64,000 bases of DNA, from positions 1 to 64,000 of the forward strand of contig JBDRNC010000017.1 of the NCBI GenBank assembly GCA_043811535.1, read 5' to 3'. Source of the stretch: Elusimicrobiota bacterium (lineage in GTDB: Bacteria; Elusimicrobiota; Endomicrobiia; Endomicrobiales; JBDRNC01). The notes under the pieces were generated by a model. It was not told where the DNA came from. It did not search any database and saw only the letters and a list, made by a program, of their open reading frames with translations. Made by a program: the position numbers and the translations under genes. Shown piece by piece: positions 40,640 through 50,700 of this stretch (its first letter is position 1; each line of letters opens with the position of its first letter).

Positions 40640-40975
40640 TTATCCTTTCAGTTTTTTGTATTCCGTAATGTCAAATGTCCCGTATTTTTCATGCAGCCTT
40701 ATCGCAAGACTTACCAGGAGTATTGTTACGGACAACCCGATTATAATGGTTATAAGCACGATAGATTGGGCAAGCGGGTCAACCATCGGGCCGGACGCCG
40801 CATTTTCCATTAAAATAGGTATATCGGCTCCTTTTCGATAGCCGATAAGTATAAATAACAGGTTCACCGCGTAATCCATGATTGCGATGCCAATTATCAT
40901 CTTCACGAGATTTTTCTTGGCTATTAACGCGTAGAAACCCACGCCGAACAATACCATGCAGAGAAAATATTCCAT
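40640..40975 (-). CDS. MrpC/MbhG-like subunit
   Basis: KNLVKMIIG, DPLAQSIVLITIIIG. Confidence 0.9.
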   Translation of the reverse strand: MEYFLCMVLFGVGFYALIAKKNLVKMIIGIAIMDYAVNLLFILIGYRKGADIPILMENAASGPMVDPLAQSIVLITIIIGLSVTILLVSLAIRLHEKYGTFDITEYKKLKG

Positions 40976-40980
40976 AATTC

Positions 40981-41409
40981 CTACTTTTTAATTTTAAATT
41001 CCACGAGCGTTATGAAAACAAGATAAAGGCATCCAGCGACCACCGCGCAAATCGCTGTGTTGAAAAGAAGCATTATGCCGGCGCTGAAAAGCTCGAACGG
41101 TTTTCCGTTGCCCAGGAAATTCCCCAGAAATCCCTTTCCATACATGAATCCTGCGGCGGAGATCGCCAAGAGAATAAGCAACCCGGAATTTTTCAGCAGG
41201 TAAGCCTGTTTTTCGCCTATTTTCGCGGCGGCGTATTTTTTGCCGTATGCGAGCATCAGGTGTATGAAACCGAGCGCTATTATGACGCCGCCCGCGAAAC
41301 CCACGCCATGGGACACGTGCCCGTGCATGAAAATATAGAAACCAAAAAGCATGATGAGCCCGAGTGTCAGCCTCGTTACGGTTTTTACGATAAGTGTCAT
41401 GCCTTTCAT
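40981..41409 (-). CDS. MrpB/MbhF-like subunit
   Basis: HGHVSHGVGFAGG, LFSAG. Confidence 0.85.
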   Translation of the reverse strand: MKGMTLIVKTVTRLTLGLIMLFGFYIFMHGHVSHGVGFAGGVIIALGFIHLMLAYGKKYAAAKIGEKQAYLLKNSGLLILLAISAAGFMYGKGFLGNFLGNGKPFELFSAGIMLLFNTAICAVVAGCLYLVFITLVEFKIKK

Positions 41410-41924
41410 TAGTTTCTTCTCCCCGTGTTCCTCATTATTGCAAGCACAGCGATAACTGCAGTAAAAATAACGATGATTTCTGCGAGCGAATCGTAAGCCC
41501 TGAATCCGAGCGCTATCGATGACACAATGTTTGAAGCTCCAGTCGCGGGAAAGCCTTTCGCCAGATACACGCTTGAAGTTTTCATTAAAGGTGAACCGAA
41601 CTCGGGCATATATTTCAGCGCATGATAGCATATTATCATGAAGAGCGCGGTGAAAACTGCCGCGGCAACGCTCAGGAATTTATCATTTTTATGCCTTATT
41701 ACGCCGTCATGGGTGACGGTCATCCTGATTAGTATTATCAGGACAAGGATTTCGACAACCAGCTGGACTATCGCGAGGTCCGGAGCTTTTAACAGCAGGA
41801 AACATATCGAAAGCCCCAACCCAACGAATCCTATGGAGATTACGGAAGACAGCAGGTCCTTGAGCTGAAGAGCCAGTATCGCGGCGATTATCATGAAGAT
41901 TAGAAGCAGGTCGATAGATAGCAT
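41409..41924 (-). CDS. MbhD/E-like (DUF4040 + MrpA C-terminal) subunit
   Basis: APDLAIVQLVVE; TGASNIVSSI..FRAYDSLAE. Confidence 0.85.
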   Translation of the reverse strand: MLSIDLLLIFMIIAAILALQLKDLLSSVISIGFVGLGLSICFLLLKAPDLAIVQLVVEILVLIILIRMTVTHDGVIRHKNDKFLSVAAAVFTALFMIICYHALKYMPEFGSPLMKTSSVYLAKGFPATGASNIVSSIALGFRAYDSLAEIIVIFTAVIAVLAIMRNTGRRN

Positions 41925-41925
41925 G

Positions 41926-43767
41926 TTAAAATTCCCTCAGAAGTATCGCAAATATAAAAACCATGCCTACAAGGAACCAAAGGATATACGACCTCAGGTT
42001 TCCCGTGTGCGCCGCCGACAGGACGCTTCCGAAACCCAGCACGATCTTGGTCCCGATATTGTACATGTCAAAATATTTTTTCTCCACAAGGGAGTAGACC
42101 GTTTTAAAGAAAGCCATATCAGCGATACTTCTGTAGAAACCCGTGCCCTCGGCTTTTGCCTCAAGAGGGAGGTCTTCGCATCCGGCGAATGGCTTGTCTT
42201 TACGGGACTTGATGTTCCCGAAAAGATAGATAAGCAGTCCGAACAGCAGGCTGACAAGGATAAGGACCGCGGCGGCCGCGTTCTGCCACAGGTCGAAAAA
42301 CGGCCGGTCTGTGTATATGCCGAAATCCGCAAGGCCGGGCAGGATGAACTGCCGCAACGGAACCGAGAACGCGAACAGCCCGAAGACTATGCATAGAACC
42401 GCGATTATTCCCATTGGGACAAGCATTAACGGAGAGACCTCTTTTATCCTGCTTTTCAGTGCCTCGTCGGTTTCGGAAGGTTGTCCTAGAAAAACAGAAT
42501 GCAGCAGTTTAACAAAGCTTGCCAGAGTCAGCGCCGAGCCGAACATCAAGACCGCGAGAACTAGCGTGAAGCAGATCCTGACGGCTGGGCTCAGCCATGA
42601 ATTAGTCATCTGTTCCACGATACCCTGGTATATCATCCATTTGGACACAAAACCGTTGAGCGGCGGGATGCCGGAGATCGAAAGCGACGCGACTAGGCAC
42701 ACGACGAATGTCAGCGGCATGTAACGGGAAAGCCCGCCGAGTTTGTCCAGGTTCGTCGTGCCGGCCCTTTTTTCCACCGCGCCGCCGGAAAGGAAGAGCC
42801 CGCTTTTGTACAATGTATGGTTTATCATGTGAAAAAGCCCGCCGGCTATCCCCACAACTGTGCCCGAAACTATCCCGATAATCATGTAGCCGACCTGCGA
42901 CACGGCGTGGTACGCGAGAAGTTTTTTCATGTCGTGCTGGATCATCGCCATATACACAGCGGCGATAACGGTAACCGCTCCCGTCAACAATAGGAGGAGC
43001 ATCATCGCGGTATTCAGTATGAACAGCTGATGGCATATAATGGTCAGCAGGAATATCCCCATAAGCTTGTCAAGAGCGGCCGGTAGAAAAGCCGTAAGGC
43101 TCATAGGCACTTCCTGCGCGAAATCAGGCACCCATGTATGGAACGGCATCGCGCCGGCTTTCGTGAGCGCGGCGATAATCAAACACAGAAAAGATACGGT
43201 TGCCGCCGGAGAAGAGCCGCTTAGCATTATCCTGTTCGAGCCTTCGTATATTTCAAAACTTCCCGACAGTATGCCGAATATGCACACGCCCAGGACCATT
43301 AGCGAGTCGGAACCGCCGGCGAAGATGAAGGTCTTTTTCGCCGCGTTTGAAGCCCCCGGCGACAAGGTCGCAAGCAGGTAAAGCATCAAACCGGACAATC
43401 CCCAGAAAACAGTGAGAGTTATGAGGTTTGAGCTGTAAACTGCAAACAGCGCGAAACTGACGCAGATGAAGATATAGCCGTAATATTTATTCGGTTTTTC
43501 AACGGAATCGGCGTACCTGAGCGAGTAAGTCGCCGTTATAAACCCAAAAAAGGCACAGGCGAGCCCGATGAATCCCGAAAAATTCATGTAAAGGAACAGC
43601 CCGGTATATGAATCCTGGAACGGCTTGACGAAATTGTATATTCCGTAGCCGAGGCAGTACAGCGCGCCGGCGAACGATAGGGCTTTCAATATTAGTTTTT
43701 GGCCGGACGGCATCAGGAGACATACCAGCCCCAGCGCTAAGATGATAAGTATAGGGTATTCGATCAT
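41926..43767 (-). CDS. MrpA/NuoL-like antiporter subunit
   Basis: KAGAMPFHTWVPD, KKLLAYHAVSQVGY, GIPPLNGFVSKW, HTGNLRSY. Confidence 0.9.
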   Translation of the reverse strand: MIEYPILIILALGLVCLLMPSGQKLILKALSFAGALYCLGYGIYNFVKPFQDSYTGLFLYMNFSGFIGLACAFFGFITATYSLRYADSVEKPNKYYGYIFICVSFALFAVYSSNLITLTVFWGLSGLMLYLLATLSPGASNAAKKTFIFAGGSDSLMVLGVCIFGILSGSFEIYEGSNRIMLSGSSPAATVSFLCLIIAALTKAGAMPFHTWVPDFAQEVPMSLTAFLPAALDKLMGIFLLTIICHQLFILNTAMMLLLLLTGAVTVIAAVYMAMIQHDMKKLLAYHAVSQVGYMIIGIVSGTVVGIAGGLFHMINHTLYKSGLFLSGGAVEKRAGTTNLDKLGGLSRYMPLTFVVCLVASLSISGIPPLNGFVSKWMIYQGIVEQMTNSWLSPAVRICFTLVLAVLMFGSALTLASFVKLLHSVFLGQPSETDEALKSRIKEVSPLMLVPMGIIAVLCIVFGLFAFSVPLRQFILPGLADFGIYTDRPFFDLWQNAAAAVLILVSLLFGLLIYLFGNIKSRKDKPFAGCEDLPLEAKAEGTGFYRSIADMAFFKTVYSLVEKKYFDMYNIGTKIVLGFGSVLSAAHTGNLRSYILWFLVGMVFIFAILLREF

Positions 43768-44963
43768 AATTGCTTTTTGAGCTTCAGCGTTCTTTCCTGT
43801 GACATCCTGAGCAGGTCTCTGCCGGAATAAAGCCGCTTGTCCGTCCCGCGATCAACCACGCTCACTCTTTCCGTGCAGCAGTAGCACGGGTCAACGGCGG
43901 CAAGGACAAGAAGGGCGTCCGAAATGTGATAGCCTATAACGGCCTTTTCGTTTGTAGCGACATTCGCGTACGAAGGCGCGCGGATCTTATGCCGCACCGG
44001 CCTGTTGGACCTGTCGCTGCGCACGTAGTGTATCACTTCGCCGCGCGGCGCTTCGTGTCTTCCTATGCCTTCGCCGGCGGGAATCTCCTTGACGTCCAGA
44101 TCGATCGGTCCCGGGACAGTTTTAAGTTTTTCAAGGCACTGCCTGATTATCTTTACCGACTCGTATATTTCAAGTATCCTGACAACGGCCTTTGAGAAAA
44201 TGTCGCCGCCATCGCACGTCACTATGTCAAAGTCAACAAGCCCGTACGCTGCGTAAGGATCGTCCTTGCGGATGTCGATTGCGAGTCCTGATGCCCTTGC
44301 CATCGGCCCTACCGCTCCGTAATCCTTGATGTCTTGCGCTGTGAGCACGCCAATGCCTTTCGTGCGGGCGTGTATGACGGGATCGTCAAGTATCGCGCCC
44401 TTGAACATGTCAACCGCCTTAAGCAGTTCATCGAGGCTTTTCTGTATCCACGGGATGTCCACCGGGTCCACGTCGCGCCTGACGCCGCCTATCTTCATCA
44501 TGGCGTAGTGCTGCCTGTTGCCGGAAACTTTTTCAAAGACGTCCAGCACGAGCTCGCGGTATTTCCACGCCCACATCCAGACGGTGTTATATCCCAGGAA
44601 ATGCCCGGCAAGCCCGAGCCATAAAAGGTGCGAGTGAATGCGTTCCATCTCGGCGATGAACGTGCGGATATACGCGGTGCGTTCGGGTATCTCGATGCCC
44701 GCAAGGTCCTCGACGGCGTTGCAGAACGCGAACGGATGAGAAGTGGAACATATCCCGCATATCCTTTCAACCGCGAATATGCCCTGGTCGAAATGTTTCG
44801 CTTCCGAGAGTTTCTCTATGCCGCGGTGGTTATAACCGAGCTCTATGTCGATGCCTACCACCTTTTCCCCCTCAACATGGAGCTTGAAAAATTCCGGCTC
44901 CTCCTGGAGCGGATGGTAAGGGCCTATGGGGATGTAACAGCTTTTTTTATTCTCTATGTCCAT
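43764..44963 (-). CDS. Group 4 [NiFe]-hydrogenase large subunit
   Basis: GPYHP, HRGIEK, L1 ERICGIC, L2 DPCYCCTER plus C-terminal extension. Confidence 0.93.
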   Translation of the reverse strand: MDIENKKSCYIPIGPYHPLQEEPEFFKLHVEGEKVVGIDIELGYNHRGIEKLSEAKHFDQGIFAVERICGICSTSHPFAFCNAVEDLAGIEIPERTAYIRTFIAEMERIHSHLLWLGLAGHFLGYNTVWMWAWKYRELVLDVFEKVSGNRQHYAMMKIGGVRRDVDPVDIPWIQKSLDELLKAVDMFKGAILDDPVIHARTKGIGVLTAQDIKDYGAVGPMARASGLAIDIRKDDPYAAYGLVDFDIVTCDGGDIFSKAVVRILEIYESVKIIRQCLEKLKTVPGPIDLDVKEIPAGEGIGRHEAPRGEVIHYVRSDRSNRPVRHKIRAPSYANVATNEKAVIGYHISDALLVLAAVDPCYCCTERVSVVDRGTDKRLYSGRDLLRMSQERTLKLKKQL

Positions 44964-45424
44964 TATTTCTTCTCGTAATCCTTTATTTGATCGCGGTTCT
45001 GGTCCTGGCGGAGAGGGTATTTCCCTTCAGGCCAATCATCCGACAGGAGAAGATGCTTCAGATTCGGGTGACCGGCAAAATCCACGCCGAGCAGTTCGTG
45101 GATCTCGCGTTCGATCCACGATATGCCCTTGATGACCGGGACAAGCGATTCGATAGAGGGAGCGTTTTTATCGGAAAGCAGAACGCGCAGCGAATACACC
45201 TTACCTTCGGAATCTTCCGCGAAATGATAAAGCAGTTCTATACCGTCCCTTCTGTCTATGCCGGTGACCACCATATAGCGGAAATCAAGGTCCCTGTACA
45301 AAAACGCTGCGGCCTCGGTAATATCCTGCTTGCCGATATCGATGTAGATCCTCTTCGGATTTTTTACCTCGGCTTTCAGTATCTTGCCGCCGAGCTTATT
45401 CTTTATCTGTTCTAATGAATCCAT
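44963..45424 (-). CDS. NuoC/MbhK-like subunit
   Basis: WIEREIHELLGVDFAGHP, DWPEGKYPLR. Confidence 0.9.
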   Translation of the reverse strand: MDSLEQIKNKLGGKILKAEVKNPKRIYIDIGKQDITEAAAFLYRDLDFRYMVVTGIDRRDGIELLYHFAEDSEGKVYSLRVLLSDKNAPSIESLVPVIKGISWIEREIHELLGVDFAGHPNLKHLLLSDDWPEGKYPLRQDQNRDQIKDYEKK

Positions 45425-45855
45425 TATTTCTTCTCTTCGGCCGAGTTAACGGCGTTTATTAGTTTTACTACGCCCGCTATTATTGCTTCCGGTTTCGGCG
45501 GGCAGCCCGGGATGTACGCGTTTACCGGAATTATTTTATCCAGCGGGCCGCAGGTATTGTATGAATCCTTGAAGAATATTTCGGAGCACGCGCAGCTTCC
45601 AAGCGCGACCACAAGGCACGGCTTGGCCGCCTGCTCGTAGAGGCGTTTTATCCTGTGCACGACTTTTTTGTTTACCGCTCCCGTCACCAGCAGGACATCG
45701 GCATGCCTTACCGAACCGACAAGCTGGATGCCGAACCTTTCCAGGTCAAAGCGCGGCGTCAGCGCGTCGAGTATCTCTATGTCGCAGTTGTTACACGGGC
45801 TGCAGGCCGCGTGAAAGACGAACAGAGATTTTGTAAGCGGTTTTAAAGACGGCAT
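45424..45855 (-). CDS. Group 4 hydrogenase small subunit (NuoB-like)
   Basis: CNNCDIE, RHADVLLVTG, GSCAC, YIPGCPPKPE. Confidence 0.92.
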   Translation of the reverse strand: MPSLKPLTKSLFVFHAACSPCNNCDIEILDALTPRFDLERFGIQLVGSVRHADVLLVTGAVNKKVVHRIKRLYEQAAKPCLVVALGSCACSEIFFKDSYNTCGPLDKIIPVNAYIPGCPPKPEAIIAGVVKLINAVNSAEEKK

Positions 45856-45872
45856 ATATTCCTTTTAGTCAA

Positions 45873-45963
45873 CCTTCGCCCCAATTTTTTGAGGCTTCGG
45901 CGGATTTCAGCTTGGTGTATTACAGCTTATTCAAGTGCCCCGTTTTACGGGGCAGAGCTTCAA
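45873..45963. repeat. 90-bp double-hairpin element, copy C
   Basis: CTTCGGCGGATTTC, CTTATTCA, TGCCCCGT/ACGGGGCA stem, GAGCTTCAA. Confidence 0.8.
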
Positions 45964-46871
45964 TATCCTCTCCAGTAAAGTACAAGAGCAAGCAAAGACA
46001 GCGCGGTCATGATACCCCAGAAGAACTTTATCGCCTGGTCAACTCGCACGCGTGGATTTGTATTCCTTATCAGCACCGTTATCACTATTACGGCAAGATA
46101 TTTGAAGATTATCGTCCAAAGTCCCCCTCCGCCCCAGAAAACCGATATGACGAAGAGAGGCCCTATGACGAGCATCATCATCTTTCCGAGTTTCCAGAGC
46201 GCGAGGAGCGGACCGGAATACTCTATCTGGCTTCCGCCTGCCAATTCAGTTTCGGCTTCGGACAAGTCAAACGGCACAAGCCCCAGTTTCGCCTGCAGGC
46301 ACAGCAGCGCGACAACAAAAGCAATCAGCCCGGAAGGGGTCGTGACAAAGGAGCTGAATGTCTGCTGGATAGCGATTATTTCGCCGAGCGAAAGGCTCTT
46401 TGCTTTCAAAATAGCTACGCTGACGCTGAGGATAAAAGGGAGCTCGTAGCTCAGAATGAGTTTCATCTCGCGGCTCGCGCCTAGCGCCGCGAAAGGATTA
46501 TTGGACGCCGAGGCGCCTATAATGATTGCTACCGGAGGTATCATCAACAGGTACAATACTACGATCAGGTCCCCTGCGAAACCGATTCCGGGAAAAATCA
46601 ACGAGAGCACCAGCATGTTGGAAATAACCAGTATAGATATCAGCGCCGCGAAAGGAGCCAGAATGAAAGTCCATGCGCTTCCCTTTTCCGGCAGGATGGT
46701 TTCCTTGAGGAGTAGTTTCCTGATATCGTAGAACGGCTGCAGGATAGGAGGACCGACTCTCCACTGGATCCTTGCGGTAACTTTTCTGTCGATCCATGAA
46801 ACAAGCATTCCCGCAACGCCCAGGAACAGAAGCCCGGGGAAAATCAGATAATAAAAAAGGAGTCTAAACAT
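45960..46871 (-). CDS. NuoH/MbhM-like membrane subunit
   Basis: DRKVTARIQWRVGPP..QPFYD, PFDLSEAETEL, EYSG, PRVRVDQ. Confidence 0.92.
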   Translation of the reverse strand: MFRLLFYYLIFPGLLFLGVAGMLVSWIDRKVTARIQWRVGPPILQPFYDIRKLLLKETILPEKGSAWTFILAPFAALISILVISNMLVLSLIFPGIGFAGDLIVVLYLLMIPPVAIIIGASASNNPFAALGASREMKLILSYELPFILSVSVAILKAKSLSLGEIIAIQQTFSSFVTTPSGLIAFVVALLCLQAKLGLVPFDLSEAETELAGGSQIEYSGPLLALWKLGKMMMLVIGPLFVISVFWGGGGLWTIIFKYLAVIVITVLIRNTNPRVRVDQAIKFFWGIMTALSLLALVLYWRGY

Positions 46872-47354
46872 TTACTTTTCTTTCTGCCACTTTATGGTGT
46901 GAACGTAGTACAACCCGTTCCTCACCGCGTATATGTCTTTCAGGGGATCTTCTTCGACTTCGATCCATTTAATTGCGTTTAAAGGGCATGTCTTTGTGCA
47001 TACCGGCGGGCTGTCATCCGCCGCACGGTCGAGGCAGTGGTCGCACATAGTGGTTTTGTATTCAACGATATCAGGATATATCACGCCGAACGGGCACGCG
47101 GCCGTGCATGTCTTACACGATGTGCAGCGCATGGAATATCTGTTTAGGAAACCTCCGGGCTTGAACTCAAGCGCGTTCTGAGGGCAACTTTTCACGCAGG
47201 GAGGGTCGTCGCAGCGCCTGCAGACGAGTTCCTGAGCTCCGAGGGCCAGGAGCCTGACCCACCCTTCGTTCTTAGGGTGGTAGTAGTAATCGCACGCAGC
47301 TTTGCACTCTTTGCAGTTATAACAGATTTCCAGATCTATCAATATCTTCTTCAT
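46872..47354 (-). CDS. 4Fe-4S dicluster electron-transfer subunit
   Basis: CRRCDDPPCVKSCP, CTSCKTCTAACPFG, CDHC. Confidence 0.88.
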   Translation of the reverse strand: MKKILIDLEICYNCKECKAACDYYYHPKNEGWVRLLALGAQELVCRRCDDPPCVKSCPQNALEFKPGGFLNRYSMRCTSCKTCTAACPFGVIYPDIVEYKTTMCDHCLDRAADDSPPVCTKTCPLNAIKWIEVEEDPLKDIYAVRNGLYYVHTIKWQKEK

Positions 47355-47361
47355 AGTAAAC

Positions 47362-47400
47362 GCAGATTACACAGATTTTAAAAAACCAGATTACGCAGAT
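47362..47400. repeat. GATTACAC element, single arm (copy 5)
   Basis: gcagattacacagatt..cagattacgcagat. Confidence 0.6.
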
Positions 47401-47402
47401 AT

Positions 47403-48224
47403 TTATGCGAACGGATCGTGCAGATCCTTTATTTGTTCGTAAGTGAAAACAGGCCCGTCCTTGCAGATAAAATAAGGGCCTAGCTGGCAGTGCCCGCATT
47501 TTCCAAGTCCGCATGACATGTTCGCTTCCATTGAAAGATAGATGTCTTTCGGTTTGAACCCCACGTCAAGCAGTTTCAGCGTTCCGAACTTCATCATTAT
47601 AGGCGGCCCGCAGACAATAGCGACGGAGTTGGTAAGGTCGGGCTTGACTTTGTCAAGCAGGCACGTCACAAGGCCGACAGTCTCTTTCCATGCTCCTGTA
47701 GGGCACTTGTCCACGCTTCTAAGGAGATGAAGGTTTTTTTCTTTTTTCCACTTTGGGAAAAGATACTTATAAACCACATCTTCCGGCGATTTTGAGCCGT
47801 AGCAAAGCGTTATTTTTTTAAATTGATCTTTCAATTCAAGCAATGTAAGCAAAAACGACCGTAAAGGAGCCATTCCAACCCCGCCGCCGAGTATCAGGAT
47901 CTCTTTTCCGCTGAATTTATCCACGGGATAGCCCTTGCCGTACGGGCCGCGGATTCCCAGCGTTTCGCCGCCTTTAAGCTCGTGGAGCTTGCCGGTTACG
48001 TATCCTGCTTTCATTATGGTGATATCTACGGTTTCCGTAGAAAAGGGTGAGGATGACGGAGTGAATGGAGCCTCTCCGACGCCGGGCAGCGAAAGCTCCA
48101 CGAATTGTCCCGTGGAAAAGCGGAACTTTTCCTCGGGCCTGAAAGTGAAGGTTTTAATATTCGAGGTTTCTTCTATGATTTTCTCAAGTTTTACCGGTAT
48201 TGGTTTGTACGGGCTCTGTATCAT
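47403..48224 (-). CDS. FAD/NAD(P)-binding subunit (AsrB/HydG/PyrK-like)
   Basis: GQFVEL, RGPYGKG, GGGVGMAP, CGPPIMM, MSCGLGKCGHC, CKDGPVF. Confidence 0.9.
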   Translation of the reverse strand: MIQSPYKPIPVKLEKIIEETSNIKTFTFRPEEKFRFSTGQFVELSLPGVGEAPFTPSSSPFSTETVDITIMKAGYVTGKLHELKGGETLGIRGPYGKGYPVDKFSGKEILILGGGVGMAPLRSFLLTLLELKDQFKKITLCYGSKSPEDVVYKYLFPKWKKEKNLHLLRSVDKCPTGAWKETVGLVTCLLDKVKPDLTNSVAIVCGPPIMMKFGTLKLLDVGFKPKDIYLSMEANMSCGLGKCGHCQLGPYFICKDGPVFTYEQIKDLHDPFA

Positions 48225-49258
48225 AATTTGACCTTTTCTTTAAGGGCGGACGAATCGTTGTCTTTTAGTCTCTGAAGACTTCTCCTGATGTCTATATTTC
48301 CCTGGCAGACATCAACGCAGCGGCCGCATCCCGTGCAGGCGTAGAAACCGAAATTTTTCGGCCTTAGCGAGAGCTTGCACATGTACCAGTTTCTGAGTCG
48401 TTCAAACCTGTTCTTGTGCGGGTTTCCGCCGCCGGCGACCCTCCAATAACCCGTGGACTGGCAAGAATCCCATGTCCTCAGTTTTTCCCACAGTTTTTTC
48501 GTTTCACCCAGCAGAAAACAGTAGCATGTCCCGCAGACGAAACGGCAGGCGTCGCATTCAACGCAAGTTTTTGCTATGCCTTCCGTCCAGACAATCGAGC
48601 CAGAATTATTTTCAACTATATCTTTCGGGTCTTTCCAGTCAAAGTCCTTGTTATTGGCGTTGACAGATTCAAGCATTTTACTTCTCAATTTGTTCCTTTC
48701 ATCCAGATGGTCCTTGCGCGGTTCTTCAAAAAGATGCTTCCTGTGCGAAATCAGCGTTTTGCCAGTCTCGGAGCCGCATTCAGCGATGAAACCCGATGCC
48801 ACCGGCGAAAGGTTTATGTCAAAACCTTTTTCAGGATAGGGTTTTCCTCCCATGAGAGTGCAGAAACAACTCGGTGCGCAAGCATCGCAATCTCCGGAGA
48901 TAATAATCATGCTTTGTCTTTTCAAGCCATAATAGGGATCTATCAGCGCGCCGCCTATGAACATGGAATCCAGGGTGGCAAGATGCGCGATGTCGCATTG
49001 CTTGGCGCCGGCGACGATGAATTTCGTGTCGCCGGTATCGCCGGTTACTTCCTCTTTTGCCGGAAAAACGAAATTCTTAAGCGGCTGTACTCCCCTGTAC
49101 TTGTTTATGGTCATATCCGAGGCTTTTTCGAAAGGTATTTTTTCCCAATGAAGGTGTTTACCGTCATTATCCGGGACAAGGCCGTAGGCGGCGGAATCCT
49201 TTATAAGTGATTGAAGGAAGTTGTTAAAGTTGGCAAGAGAGATATAAAATATGTCCAT
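48221..49258 (-). CDS. AsrA/HydB-like 4Fe-4S subunit
   Basis: CFCT, CVECDACRFVCGTCYCF, RTWDSC, CTGCGRCVDVC. Confidence 0.88.
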   Translation of the reverse strand: MDIFYISLANFNNFLQSLIKDSAAYGLVPDNDGKHLHWEKIPFEKASDMTINKYRGVQPLKNFVFPAKEEVTGDTGDTKFIVAGAKQCDIAHLATLDSMFIGGALIDPYYGLKRQSMIIISGDCDACAPSCFCTLMGGKPYPEKGFDINLSPVASGFIAECGSETGKTLISHRKHLFEEPRKDHLDERNKLRSKMLESVNANNKDFDWKDPKDIVENNSGSIVWTEGIAKTCVECDACRFVCGTCYCFLLGETKKLWEKLRTWDSCQSTGYWRVAGGGNPHKNRFERLRNWYMCKLSLRPKNFGFYACTGCGRCVDVCQGNIDIRRSLQRLKDNDSSALKEKVKL

Positions 49259-49277
49259 TAACAGGTTGCCTTTGGTA

Positions 49278-49295
49278 TTGTGAAATATTTCACAA
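49278..49295. promoter_or_regulatory. Rex operator
   Basis: Perfect palindrome TTGTGAAATATTTCACAA between promoter and first hydrogenase-operon gene. Confidence 0.85.
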
Positions 49296-49327
49296 GTATA
49301 GATAAAAAATAAAGAACTTCTATTTAA

Positions 49328-49356
49328 ATTATATTACATTGACGGCGGAAAGTCAA
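49328..49356 (-). promoter_or_regulatory. Sigma70 promoter of hydrogenase operon
   Basis: TTGACT-17 nt-TATAAT. Confidence 0.75.
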
Positions 49357-49450
49357 TATTTAATACAGCAATTAGCTATTGGCAATTAGCGATTAGTAAA
49401 AACCTAAGAAAAGAACTACCAACAACCAAAAACTAATAACCAATCACCAA

Positions 49451-50686
49451 CTAAGCGCCCCTGGCTTTGTTCACTTCCTTGATTATCCAGGGGATTATCT
49501 CGAAAAGATCGCCTTCTATAGCGAACGTAGCGAACTTCATCATGGGACAGTGCGGGTCCTTGTTAATAGCGACAATAATATCCGATGAACCCATCCCTAC
49601 CAGGTGCTGTATCTGACCCGATATCCCGCATGCGAAGTAAATTTTCGGGCTGACGGTCCTTCCTGTCTGGCCGACCTGGTGCGAATACGGTATCCAGCCC
49701 GCGTCAACGGCCGCGCGCGAAGATCCCACGGCGCCGCCGAGACATTCGGCAAGTTCTTCTATCATCTTGAATCCTTCGGGTTTTCCCAGCCCTCTGCCGC
49801 CCGAGCAAATAATATCGGCGTCAGACAGGTTGACTTTCGCGGTGGTGTCATTTATGAACTGCAGGAATTTAGTACGGTTCAGTATATTGGACGCGTCAAC
49901 CGTCTTCTTGACGACTTCCCCCTTGCGGGAAGCGTCTTTTGCCGACGGCTTGAATACTTTATGTCTGACGGTGGCCATCTGCGGCCTGTGGCGCGGCGTC
50001 AATATCGTGGCCATAATGTTGCCGCCGAACGCAGGGCGCGTCTGCTGGAGGTTCCTGGTTTCAAGGTCAATTTCCAGGCCGGTGCAGTCCGCCGTGAGCC
50101 CGGTGTAAATCCTCGCGGCCACTCTGGACGCGAAAGAACGCCCTATATTTGTGGCGCCCATAAGCACAATTTCAGGTTTTTCCTGCTGTATAAGATGAGA
50201 AAGTATGTCGCTGTAAGGGTCATCCTGGAACTCGGTTAAAATAGGGTCGTCGAAAAGGTATACCTTGTCGGCGCCGTGCTGTATGAGGTCCTGTGCCTTG
50301 GTTTCTATATTATGCCCCATCAGTATTGCGCTGAGCGGCACGCCGAGTTTTTTTGACAGTCGCGAGCCTTCGTTAAGGAGTTCGTAAACCACCGGAGAGA
50401 TCTCGCCGTGGCGTTGTTCCGCGTATACCCAGATACCCCTGTAATGCGTTTTGTCCACGTCAAGCTGGATCGGTTCTTCTTTGATAAGGTGGATCGCCTC
50501 GAATTTTTTGCAGGCATCTATGCAGGCGCCGCAAAACGTGCATTTATGAAGGTCAATAACCGCTAGTTTCAGCTTTTTGGGATGGTCGGGCCTTTCAACA
50601 AGCGCTATCGCGCCGAAAGGACAGGCCTTGATGCAAAGACTGCATCCGGTGCATTTTTCGGCGACTACATTGATTTGGTTTGACAT
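49451..50686 (-). CDS. etfA: Electron transfer flavoprotein alpha with N-terminal ferredoxin domain
   Basis: 2x CxxCxxCxxxC at N-terminus; TGLTADCT, RPAFGGN, SGGRG, QVGQTG, GISGQIQH. Confidence 0.95.
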   Translation of the reverse strand: MSNQINVVAEKCTGCSLCIKACPFGAIALVERPDHPKKLKLAVIDLHKCTFCGACIDACKKFEAIHLIKEEPIQLDVDKTHYRGIWVYAEQRHGEISPVVYELLNEGSRLSKKLGVPLSAILMGHNIETKAQDLIQHGADKVYLFDDPILTEFQDDPYSDILSHLIQQEKPEIVLMGATNIGRSFASRVAARIYTGLTADCTGLEIDLETRNLQQTRPAFGGNIMATILTPRHRPQMATVRHKVFKPSAKDASRKGEVVKKTVDASNILNRTKFLQFINDTTAKVNLSDADIICSGGRGLGKPEGFKMIEELAECLGGAVGSSRAAVDAGWIPYSHQVGQTGRTVSPKIYFACGISGQIQHLVGMGSSDIIVAINKDPHCPMMKFATFAIEGDLFEIIPWIIKEVNKARGA

Positions 50687-50700
50687 CTATATTTCTCCTG

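Noticed and set aside
43764..44963. Mbx/Ehr-type complex lacking a NiFe site
   Set aside because: Both CxxC motifs are intact, and hyp genes and a maturation protease are adjacent.
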